Source: Candidatus Cloacimonadota bacterium
Lineage (GTDB): Bacteria > Cloacimonadota > Cloacimonadia > Cloacimonadales > WRIO01
Direction of reading: 5' to 3'
Length of the DNA: 20,491 nt
Assembly: GCA_029564175.1 (NCBI GenBank)
Contig: JAKQQL010000153.1
Coordinates: 1 to 20,491 of the forward strand
The position numbers were made by a program, and so were the translations under genes. Under the pieces are notes generated by a model, which had not been told where the DNA came from, did not search any database, and was given only the letters and a program-made list of their open reading frames with translations. Positions 1 to 8,149 of this stretch are shown in pieces (the first letter of the stretch is position 1; each line of letters starts with the position of its first letter).

Positions 1-196
1 TGAGAGCTTTTATCACGGGTTCATCTGGGAATTTATCAACTATATTATCTATTTCTGCATCTATAAAACTACCTGACATTGGAGACCTCTTTATGTGTTT
101 TTTTATTAAAGTCATTTTACAATTACCTAAAATATTGTCAAATAATATTTTAACTATATGTTTTGTCATTATTCTAATTCAAAGCTCTCAGAATAT

Positions 197-409
197 TCAA
201 ATATCCCAGTCCTTAGGCTGTTCAAATACAAGTCTGCCGAATTTCTTGCCTTAATTTTTGGCAATCTCAATTCCTTCTCTTTGTCTTTGAAGTATATTTT
301 CTCGTTCCAACTCCGATAGAGCACCAAATATAGTTAATACAAATCTTCCCCGGGGTGTGGTGGTGTCTATGTTCTCCTTCAGTGTGATTGAGACCACTTT
401 TTTATCCTC
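197..409 (-). pseudogene. Serine recombinase (resolvase/invertase) C-terminal fragment
   Basis: Manual minus-strand translation gives EDKKVVSITLKENIDTTTPRGRFVLTIFGALSELERENILQRQREGIEIAKN*GKKFGR, the classic resolvase 'ENIDT.TP.GR...IFGA.AE.ER..I..R.REG...A...G..FGR' segment. In-frame TAA at 251-253; no N-terminal catalytic part recognisable upstream. Confidence 0.9.
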
Positions 410-808
410 TTTGTTTACTATTCTTTTTCTTATTGACTGACTTGTTTACTAGTTTATCATAGAGCTGTATATAAATAGGATTCAGAATCATTAATAAGGG
501 TTTTCTACAGGATAGATATAAGAATCATAAGAGAAAAGAGTTAAAGACATCATGTTTTGTAATGAATTTCCAGTATAAAAGCATAAACATCTAAAGGTAT
601 CAATAGCATTTAAATCGTCAATGAAATAAGAAAGAGATTTTAAAATACTGATTACATTGATTTCGAATATTTTATATCTTTAGCAAGCTTCAAAAAAAAC
701 TATCTACTCAGATTTTCATTACGAAAAACATATTGCTTGCAATCTGTCGTTTAAAATCCTCTACAGTATAACTAAAATCAACGAAACACTTGTCAACCTG
801 AGCGAAGC

Positions 809-952
809 CCTTACTTCATTTTCGGTAAATCTTAACAGCTCATTGAACATACGATCAGTTGAAATATTATCTCAAATATTTAAACCGCTGGTGACATTAT
901 CCATCGTAACAGGAAAGACACCTGTGATAAAAATTCTTGCCAATCCGGAGCC
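809..952 (-). pseudogene. Fragment of AAA-ATPase-like (AAA family/PD-(D/E)XK-associated) gene
   Basis: Manual minus-strand translation gives GSGLARIFITGVFPVTMDNVTSGLNI*DNISTDRMFNELLRFTENEVR, matching the 'FITGVSP...D.TSGFNI..NIS....FN.L.GFTE.EV' motif. In-frame TGA at 872-874 where Gly is expected; truncated on both sides. Confidence 0.8.
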
Positions 953-1338
953 TATCCTCTTTATCTTTTCAATCATCCACCCCATTTTAACATACTTTGA
1001 CGATTGCAGAGTATTTTTCAATAAAGAAAGTGTTTATAACATGCACTGCTTTACTAATTACTTTTTCGTACTAGTATCTATAATAGATTTTAAACCATTT
1101 TATTATATCTTACTACATTACAATATATTCTAGTCTTTTATAATAATCATATATGTTACTAGTTACTATATTATACAATACGCTATTGGTACTTGTACGG
1201 TAATGCAACCTGCATAGATTAGATTTATTTACCAAAACAATATTTAAAAAATATTTAACAATCCCGATTCAATTTAAAAAACAAAAATGTTTTCAATTTA
1301 ACTATTAAACAATAGATAAAATATAGTCTGAAAAATCA

Positions 1339-1362
1339 AAAAGCCCTCTTTCGAGGGCTTTT
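1339..1362. terminator. Intrinsic terminator, bidirectional-type
   Basis: AAAAGCCCTC-TTTC-GAGGGCTTTT perfect hairpin with A/T tails, just downstream of the minus-strand par operon stop at 1381. Confidence 0.85.
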
Positions 1363-1380
1363 AAAATAAATACAGTTTAT

Positions 1381-1740
1381 TTACTTACCTAAGAGCATTT
1401 TAACTGAAATCAACATCAGTATGACTGCAAATATCCGCTTTAAAACAAGTTCAGGCAGATAAACAGACAATTTAGCGCCAAATAGACCACCAATAAAGAA
1501 ACCAATACAAAGTACTCCAGCTATTTTAATATCTACAAATCCTGCTTTGTAATACGTATAAGCAGCTAAAAATCCGATAGGAGGAACCATCATAGCGAGT
1601 GTTGTACCCTGAGCTTGTTGCTGTGTCATATTGAATAGGAAAACAAGTGCAGGGATCATCACAATTCCACCACCAATACCAATAACGCCACTTAAAATAC
1701 CAGTTACAAGACCAAGTAGAAGAAGTATGGGCAATTGCAT
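1381..1740 (-). CDS. Sulfite exporter TauE/SafE (TSUP) family protein, half-size (119 aa)
   Basis: GILSGVIGIGGGIVMIPAL and AQGTTLA motifs, about 4 hydrophobic segments. Start overlaps the upstream stop by 1 bp (TAATG). Confidence 0.9.
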   Translation of the reverse strand: MQLPILLLLGLVTGILSGVIGIGGGIVMIPALVFLFNMTQQQAQGTTLAMMVPPIGFLAAYTYYKAGFVDIKIAGVLCIGFFIGGLFGAKLSVYLPELVLKRIFAVILMLISVKMLLGK

Positions 1741-2150
1741 TATAACCCCTTTTGTTTATATTTTTCGATTAAATCCATGAGGGCTTCATTCCATAACTGA
1801 TATTCTTTTTTTTCTGATAAAACAGAGATCAGTTTAATTTTTTTATTGAGAGAATCTTTAATATAAGTAGTTACACGTCGAAGCGGTTCTTCGTTTTCAT
1901 CAACTTCTTCAAGCATGATTTTCTGGGCTTTTGTTGAAAATATATTGCCTTGTTGACTTGTTTCTTCAGTGATATTGTTTTCTTGTTTTTCTGTTGTTAA
2001 AATTTCTTTCGGCTTTTCTGCTATACTTTCAGATTCTTCTGCATCAACCGTATCTGCTTTATTCACAATCTGTTCAATAACACTTTCCGGATTGCCGTTA
2101 ATGAAATCATCTTCAGTTAATCTGGTTGGTCGTTTCTTTAATATTCCCAT
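1740..2150 (-). CDS. Putative ribbon-helix-helix centromere-binding partner (ParG-like) of type Ib ParA
   Basis: Basic N-terminal arm (MGILKKRP..EDDFING), acidic low-complexity linker, and C-terminal RHH-like RRVTTYIKDSLNKKIKLISVLSEKKEYQLWNEALMDLIEKY. Lies directly downstream of a short ParA. Confidence 0.65.
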   Translation of the reverse strand: MGILKKRPTRLTEDDFINGNPESVIEQIVNKADTVDAEESESIAEKPKEILTTEKQENNITEETSQQGNIFSTKAQKIMLEEVDENEEPLRRVTTYIKDSLNKKIKLISVLSEKKEYQLWNEALMDLIEKYKQKGL

Positions 2151-2151
2151 T

Positions 2152-2814
2152 TTATCCCTCGTATTGTTTTAATTTATCATTTAATTCTTTATAAAACTGC
2201 TTCATTTCTTTCACAGCCTTAACGTCAGCGTTGCTGAATTCTATGACTCCTAATCCCTCTGAGACAGAATATTTGTATGAAATACGAGAGTTTAAACGTG
2301 ATTTTAAAAATTCTATTTCATATTCTGTTTCAAAATCTTTGATTAAAGTTTCAATTTCCTTGGCGATTTTAGTTCCAGGAATAACCATGTTCAAAACGGA
2401 AAATACTTTAAGATTGGGTTTAGTCATTTTGGCTTCCTGTAAAATTTCAAATGTTTGTTGTGAACCCCAGAAATCGTACTGTGAAGGGCATAAGGGAACG
2501 ATCACAAAATCAGAAGCCATAACAGCACTTCGAAAGATCTTATTATCCCTCCCCCCCACATCGATAATAATATTATCGAAGTTAAACTCGTTAATATCTT
2601 TATGAATCGTTGGGGTTAAGATTTGTGTAACGGGAAACTGATGAACAGTTTCATTTTCAGCTCTGAGTCCTCTGAAATCCATGCTTGAGCCTTGCTGATC
2701 CGCATCAATTAACAATATCTTTTTTCTGCTTCTGGCAAACATCACAGAGATATTGGTGGCCAGCGTGGTCTTCCCTACTCCGCCTTTTGAATTAACAAAT
2801 GCGATCACTTTCAT
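2152..2814 (-). CDS. parA: ParA-family ATPase, short type Ib (ParF-like)
   Basis: Deviant Walker A KGGVGKTT, A' IDADQQGS, Walker B IIIDVGG; 220 aa with no N-terminal HTH; RBS GAGGA upstream. Confidence 0.92.
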   Translation of the reverse strand: MKVIAFVNSKGGVGKTTLATNISVMFARSRKKILLIDADQQGSSMDFRGLRAENETVHQFPVTQILTPTIHKDINEFNFDNIIIDVGGRDNKIFRSAVMASDFVIVPLCPSQYDFWGSQQTFEILQEAKMTKPNLKVFSVLNMVIPGTKIAKEIETLIKDFETEYEIEFLKSRLNSRISYKYSVSEGLGVIEFSNADVKAVKEMKQFYKELNDKLKQYEG

Positions 2815-2860
2815 ATCATCCTCATTCTTTAATGTCTTGTTGACATAATGCTAATCTGTT

Positions 2861-4348
2861 TTATTTTCTAAATTCAGGTAATTGATCTATAATGTCATCA
2901 ATTCTTAAGATATTCTCTTCGATATCACTTCGAATCTTTGTCATTGTGACCACTAAATGATTACGATTTAAAGAAGCATCTAAAGATAGATTCATGCTGT
3001 ACTCTCTGATTTCTTTGAGTGATGGTTCTTCAAAATCCAGTTCAAAAAACTTATTTGAAAATTCTAAAAATTGTTTTGCCTTGTCTTTAAAGGCGATTTG
3101 CAAAGATTCAATCCCATCATTTTCAAGGGTACTATGCAGATAATAAATGATTCTTTCTGGATTTTTTGCCTTTTCTGCAGAATAAAGGGCTAAACCAAGT
3201 AAATTATTCTGTGAATCTTTACTGACTTCATTTTTTAATAAATAACTGGAAAATAGTTTAATAGACTTTTGATTATAGTAATCAAGCTTACGATAAGGCT
3301 CCAGCAACATCATTGATTTAAAAATAAACAAAATGGTATGCTTGAGTCTTATTCGCTTGGTTATATCTAGTTTTTTACTGGTTCCATTTTCGTTCAAGTC
3401 AGAATCCTCAGTAAAGTTAGATAAACTATTATTATTTTTTCTTACTAAAGACATAGAATCGCTAGTTACGTTTTCGAGAACAGTTGGAACATTGTACTTT
3501 TCAAAGAGAAGACTTAAATCAATAATACTCCCTTTAGGATTATTGTCAGAGACGACTTTAATGAATCCCAGATTGCTTAATTTAGGTATTACCTGGTACA
3601 CAGTTGCACGTCTGAAATCGTATTTCGTGATCAATTGATTCAATGACATTCTTTCCGATATTTCTTTCATTTCCAAAATCAAACAAACAAGGAAATTCTT
3701 TTCTACATTTGATAAGTCTTTGTCAAAAAGAAAGATAGAATTAATCAAATCGAACTTCTGTAATTTATGAATTGAATAATTACTAATTTCGTTATCAGTA
3801 CTGGTTTCAGTAATGGAACCAGTATCAGAATCGTCTCTTGTTTCGATAACAGAAGGAGTAATGCTTTCAACATGGGGGTTAAAATCAGTTATCTTATTTA
3901 AAACAGGAGGTTTAACTGAATTTTCATGAGGACTTGTTACTTTGTCAGAAGTAGTAACGAAATCGCTTACAGGAGATTCAGTTACAGGTGTCACTATCGA
4001 ACGAGTATCTGCTTGTACGTTATTGCTACTTGTTTCGGGATTGTTAGTGTTAGGTATCTGATTAGTGGATACTAAAATGGAACTACTATCATTATCAAGC
4101 CTGCTCAGATCTTCTTCATTATACAAATGATCAAAGCCAGTCTGATTGGTTTTTGTTGTGTTATTTTGATTTTTAAAGCGATTAATAATATCGGACATTT
4201 GAGAAAGTGGTTGTTCAGCTTCAGAAATGTCCTGATCATTGATATTAAATTTTGGTGTAGGAATAGTGTAAAGGGTATTACGCCTTTCAAGGTTTTTTTG
4301 TTTCAGAAGTGCTCTTTCTTCTTTCGAAGGATCAATCTTCCGAGCCAT
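2861..4348 (-). CDS. Hypothetical 495-aa protein with central winged-helix-like region; candidate replication initiator or ParA partner
   Basis: Basic N-terminus, S/T/D/N-rich low-complexity region, and wHTH-like LSNVEKNFLVCL...MSLNQLITKYDFRRATVYQVIPKLSNLGFIKV. Overlaps upstream parA by 17 bp; no ParB CTPase motif recognised. Function is inference. Confidence 0.6.
   Translation of the reverse strand: MARKIDPSKEERALLKQKNLERRNTLYTIPTPKFNINDQDISEAEQPLSQMSDIINRFKNQNNTTKTNQTGFDHLYNEEDLSRLDNDSSSILVSTNQIPNTNNPETSSNNVQADTRSIVTPVTESPVSDFVTTSDKVTSPHENSVKPPVLNKITDFNPHVESITPSVIETRDDSDTGSITETSTDNEISNYSIHKLQKFDLINSIFLFDKDLSNVEKNFLVCLILEMKEISERMSLNQLITKYDFRRATVYQVIPKLSNLGFIKVVSDNNPKGSIIDLSLLFEKYNVPTVLENVTSDSMSLVRKNNNSLSNFTEDSDLNENGTSKKLDITKRIRLKHTILFIFKSMMLLEPYRKLDYYNQKSIKLFSSYLLKNEVSKDSQNNLLGLALYSAEKAKNPERIIYYLHSTLENDGIESLQIAFKDKAKQFLEFSNKFFELDFEEPSLKEIREYSMNLSLDASLNRNHLVVTMTKIRSDIEENILRIDDIIDQLPEFRK
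3783..3968. repeat. Degenerate 18-bp tandem repeats inside the wHTH gene (iteron-like)
   Basis: 3783 CTAATTTCGTTATCAGTA, 3801 CTGGTTTCAGTAATGGAA, 3819 CCAGTATCAGAATCGTCT, 3837 CTTGTTTCGATAACAGAA; 3933 CTTGTTACTTTGTCAGAA, 3951 GTAGTAACGAAATCGCTT; a related single copy at 3462 CTAGTTACGTTTTCGAGA. Confidence 0.5.
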
Positions 4349-5207
4349 TTATTCCTTCATTCATCATTTTGTTTTGATAAGCTTCTTCAACATTAAAATC
4401 AATAGGAAGACCAATTTTATTCGCTATTTCGCGAGCAAGCTGAAGATATTCTTTGTATGTTCTGGTGTTTTTGTTATATTCAACGATCGTCAGTTTTTTA
4501 CGTTCGGCATTTTGAATTGAAGCACTGACATGAATTTCAGTAATAAAAACCAGATCACCAAATTGCTTGTATAGCATCTCACGATGTACGTGATGAGATT
4601 TATATCTTTCATCCAGCATGTTGACCAAAATACCCAGTAATTTGAGCTTAGGATTGATATTATCCTGGACAGAGGCAATGTTTTTTAAGATCTCAGCAAT
4701 ACCAATGACAGAAAGTCTTGTCAAATTGGTAGGAATAATCACATAATCAGAAGCAAACAAAGCATTTGTTGTAAAGGAAGAAAAATAAGGAGAATTATCA
4801 ATAATGACAATATCATAGTTTTCACAGTGATTATTGATGAATTTCTTAATACGAAAGTTTCCGTCAATTAAAGTTGAAAGAGATTTCTCTTTAGTTGTAC
4901 AAAGAAACATGTTGGTAACCACATCGATATTAGGATTTTTAGTTGCCAAAATTATCTCTTTGGAATAAACGGGAATATCCTGATAAATGGATAGAATAGT
5001 ATCTTTATCGTCGAGCTCTTCTTCAGTATCATAAAAGAAGGATGTAAGACTTGCCTGAGGATCATTATCAATCAGCAGGATCTTGATATTTTGTCTCTCT
5101 TTTTGATTCAGTACATAATCACAGGCTTCTGCCAGATTGTAAGACATCGTTGTTTTACCAGTACCGCCTTTATGATTAATCACTGATATGATGACAGGTT
5201 TTTTCAT
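4332..5207 (-). CDS. parA: ParA/Soj-family ATPase
   Basis: NHKGGTGKTT, LLIDNDPQASLT and YDIVIIDNSP motifs. Start reassigned to ATG 5207 (MKKPVII) behind an AAAGGAG RBS; the ORF-track TTG at 5267 is part of the -35 box. Confidence 0.93.
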   Translation of the reverse strand: MKKPVIISVINHKGGTGKTTMSYNLAEACDYVLNQKERQNIKILLIDNDPQASLTSFFYDTEEELDDKDTILSIYQDIPVYSKEIILATKNPNIDVVTNMFLCTTKEKSLSTLIDGNFRIKKFINNHCENYDIVIIDNSPYFSSFTTNALFASDYVIIPTNLTRLSVIGIAEILKNIASVQDNINPKLKLLGILVNMLDERYKSHHVHREMLYKQFGDLVFITEIHVSASIQNAERKKLTIVEYNKNTRTYKEYLQLAREIANKIGLPIDFNVEEAYQNKMMNEGINGSED

Positions 5208-5238
5208 ATTCACTCCTTTTATACCATATACAAGGCAA

Positions 5239-5267
5239 AATATATAATAATAGCTTGTATATGTCAA
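5239..5267 (-). promoter_or_regulatory. Sigma70-type promoter of the par operon
   Basis: Minus strand TTGACA (5267-5262), 17-nt spacer, TATATT (5244-5239), 31 bp upstream of the parA ATG. Confidence 0.75.
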
Positions 5268-5666
5268 GAGAAATTTTTAAAAAATGTAAGCAGGTATGAA
5301 AAACGCACTGATATAGCCAATAATCAAGATATACATAGGTTTTTGAGTTTGTATGTATATACTTCAAAAAAACATATAATCATAAAAGAGAAAAAATATG
5401 ATAAGATATTATTTAAAATATTGAAAATTAGTAATTTACTTCTATTACAAAAAATAGAAAAAAGTGCTAACATACTACAAAAAAAGGATATAGTTAAATA
5501 TAATTGTAATAAAAATTATTTAAAAAGAAATGCTAAAATATTGAAATACAGGTAGTAAGCATTGTTTAAAAATATATTCTATGATAAATTGCCAAAAAAA
5601 GTTGTAAAAAAAGTTGTAAAAATGAGGCTTTTTATTATCATATCTTAGTAATACACAGAGGGATAT

Positions 5667-5951
5667 ATGAACAAAAAAGATTTAACTGAAATAATAGCTG
5701 AACGATTAAACATTTCTCAGTTTAATGCAGAACTGATCATCGATCGATTTTTAAGAAACATGATCTATACATTAAGAAAGAATGAAAAAATTAGTATTTC
5801 AGGATTTGGTGTTTTTGAAAATATGAGGTATGAATCTAAATCTGTCGTTAATCCAAGAACTAAAGAAAAGATGTTAGTACCGGCATATAATAAAGTCAGA
5901 TTTAAACCAGGTCAATTATTTTTAAACAAATTGAATGAAAAACAACGCTAA
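5667..5951 (+). CDS. HU/IHF-family histone-like DNA-binding protein
   Basis: MNKKDL...ISISGFGVFE...VNPRTKEKMLVPA...VRFKPG signature; 94 aa. Confidence 0.95.
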   Translation: MNKKDLTEIIAERLNISQFNAELIIDRFLRNMIYTLRKNEKISISGFGVFENMRYESKSVVNPRTKEKMLVPAYNKVRFKPGQLFLNKLNEKQR

Positions 5952-6117
5952 AATACCGCTTATTTTATTAAAAAAAAGACATGAATAGAGTGTTGGGTAA
6001 GCTATGAGACGATCTTGTCAAAATGATCCGTTTTATGAAGAAATTGAAAAATCAGCATTATCAAGCACTCACCTTACATGAAAATATGTAAACATGCTGT
6101 GAAGATGGAAGGTTGTA

Positions 6118-6540
6118 ATGAATTACATGAAAACAAGCTGGGGATATGTCCTAAGATTGAAAAAGGGAGAAGAAATTATCGAGATAATAAGCGATCTCGT
6201 TAAACATGAGAATATTAAATATGGGGTTGTGCAGGGAATAGGTGCATGTACACATGTCAACATAGCATACTATTCAATGAAGCATCAAAGATACATGACA
6301 AGAAGTTTTCAGGGTGACTATGAAATCATGTCATTAAATGGCAATATCTCCTGGATTGACAATAATCCAAAGATTCATCTGCATCTGATGATCTCTGACG
6401 ATGAATTCAGGTGTGTTGGTGGTCATTTAAATTCTGCACTCGTAACGGCTACCTGTGAAGTGAATATATTTACAAGTGAACGAAAAGTAAACAGAATTGT
6501 CGATTCTGAAACAGGGCTTTTCCTCCTGGATTTAGGCTAA
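6118..6540 (+). CDS. PPC domain (DUF296) putative DNA-binding protein
   Basis: LRLKKGEEII, GIGA, EIMSLNGNI, HLHLMIS and GGHL motifs. Confidence 0.92.
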   Translation: MNYMKTSWGYVLRLKKGEEIIEIISDLVKHENIKYGVVQGIGACTHVNIAYYSMKHQRYMTRSFQGDYEIMSLNGNISWIDNNPKIHLHLMISDDEFRCVGGHLNSALVTATCEVNIFTSERKVNRIVDSETGLFLLDLG

Positions 6541-6615
6541 TTATAAAAAAACTTGATAAATTTACTCATGGTATAAATATTGCTTATATTCAGGTAAAAA
6601 TATAAGGAGGTCATT

Positions 6616-7005
6616 ATGCTAAAAATGATAGAAGTCGTAGGCGTTTCGGAAATTAGCTATGAAAATGCTGTCAAAAATGCCATAAATGAGTTGATCAGCA
6701 ATAATTATAATATACATTTTTTTAATGTGATTGAACATAGGGGTTCCTACAGAGATGAAAAAATACAATTTCAAGCCGTATTAAAAGTAGCGGTAGATTT
6801 TGTAAAAAAAAATGAACAACAACCTGAAAGTAAACCGATTAAACCGAAAGCGGATCATAACGAGATAACATGTGAATGGTGTGGTTGCTCCATGCAGGTT
6901 CCAAAAGAGTTTTATAAAGACAATCCTTCCAGAACACTTGTCTGTAATAATTGTGGCAGAATCCTCTGTATCAACGAAAAATATTGCAAATCGAAATTAA
7001 AATAA
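6616..7005 (+). CDS. Dodecin-family domain fused to a C4 zinc ribbon
   Basis: N-terminal ~60 aa KMIEVVGVSEISYENAVKNAI...F.VIEHRG...QFQAVLKV is dodecin-like; C-terminal CEWCGCSMQVP...CNNCGRIL is zf-RING_7/DUF164-like. RBS AAGGAGG. Confidence 0.75.
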   Translation: MLKMIEVVGVSEISYENAVKNAINELISNNYNIHFFNVIEHRGSYRDEKIQFQAVLKVAVDFVKKNEQQPESKPIKPKADHNEITCEWCGCSMQVPKEFYKDNPSRTLVCNNCGRILCINEKYCKSKLK

Positions 7006-7025
7006 ATAACAATAGGGGTGAGTAA

Positions 7026-8006
7026 ATGTTAATAATCAGAAGCAAGAATCATGATGCTGAGTTTAATATCGCAAGCGAGGAATACTTGTTTAATTGTAAA
7101 CAAGACAATATATTTTTATTGTATCAAAACAACAAAGCAATAATAGTTGGAAGAAAACAAAACACAATAGCAGAAATAAACCAAGAATACATACAGGAAA
7201 ATCAAATCAAAGTTGTGAGACGGATGTCAGGTGGGGGAGCCGTCTTTCATGATATTGGAAATTTGAATTTCTGTTTTATTATTCGAAATGTTGACACATT
7301 TGAAAGTGATTTCTCGAGATATACACAACCGATCATTGAGGTTCTACAATCTCTGGGGGTTAATGCCAGATTAGAAGGGCGAAATGACCTGACAATCGAT
7401 GGCAAAAAATTCTCTGGGAACGCAAAATACTTTAGAGGAAATACCCTCCTGCAACATGGGACATTATTGTTTGACTCCAATATCTCAGATGTAACTAAGG
7501 CTTTAAACGTTGATCCTTCCAAATTTAATGATAAATCAGTCAAATCTGTTCGCAGTCGTATCACAAATATTACAGAACACCTTAAAACACCAGTCAGTAT
7601 GGAGACTTTTGAAGACTTAATAATCAAAAAGATACTTTCTTTGTATCAGGATGCAGATTATTATGAATACACAAATAAAGACCTTGAGGCAATAGAAACA
7701 CTCAAAAAAGATAAATATGCAAATTGGGAATGGAATTATGGGAAATCTCCTGAATATAATTTCCATAAAAAACATCGTTGTCCTGGTGGCAGTATTGAAG
7801 TGATGATGACAATAAGAAAAGGAATCATTGAAGATTTCAAACTTTATGGGGATTTTTTCGCAATCACTGATACCGATTCATTTGAAAAATCTTTTATTGG
7901 CAAGACTCACCAATATCATGATTTAAATGAACATTTGATGCAACTCACTGTTAAAGAGATATTTATGAATATTAGTAGGGAAGATATTCTGGAAGCGTTG
8001 TTTTAA
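7026..8006 (+). CDS. lplA: Lipoate-protein ligase A
   Basis: NIASEEYL, VVRRMSGGGAVFHDIGNLNF, GRNDLTIDGKKFSGNA, HGTLLFD, KSVRSRITNI and WEWNYGKSP motifs. Confidence 0.96.
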   Translation: MLIIRSKNHDAEFNIASEEYLFNCKQDNIFLLYQNNKAIIVGRKQNTIAEINQEYIQENQIKVVRRMSGGGAVFHDIGNLNFCFIIRNVDTFESDFSRYTQPIIEVLQSLGVNARLEGRNDLTIDGKKFSGNAKYFRGNTLLQHGTLLFDSNISDVTKALNVDPSKFNDKSVKSVRSRITNITEHLKTPVSMETFEDLIIKKILSLYQDADYYEYTNKDLEAIETLKKDKYANWEWNYGKSPEYNFHKKHRCPGGSIEVMMTIRKGIIEDFKLYGDFFAITDTDSFEKSFIGKTHQYHDLNEHLMQLTVKEIFMNISREDILEALF

Positions 8007-8149
8007 AAACATGTAAACATGATTAAAAAATGCTAAGAAAGAAAACATGTAAACAAGAAAGCTAAGCAGGAATATGGTAAGACATAAGCACATAAAGTAA
8101 AGAAAAAATATTCAAAGAAAAAATGGATGCTGAAAAGTAAGAAGGAGTT

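Noticed and set aside
1..190. 10-bp inverted repeat TGAGAGCTTT (1-10) / AAAGCTCTCA (181-190)
   Set aside because: Does not extend inward and the left arm is cut by the window edge, so an element cannot be supported.
843..1133. 96-aa plus-strand ORF
   Set aside because: Antisense to the AAA-ATPase-like fragment, TTG start and no recognisable motif.
1969..5555. Small ORFs at 1969, 2231, 3333, 4105, 4127, 4490, 5176 and 5343
   Set aside because: Shadow or alternate-frame ORFs over better-supported genes or over AT-rich promoter DNA.
5268..5666. Chromosomal oriC in the AT-rich parA-HU intergenic region
   Set aside because: No consensus DnaA boxes (TTATCCACA) seen and no dnaA; only a short AAAAAAAGTTGT tandem at 5594-5617.
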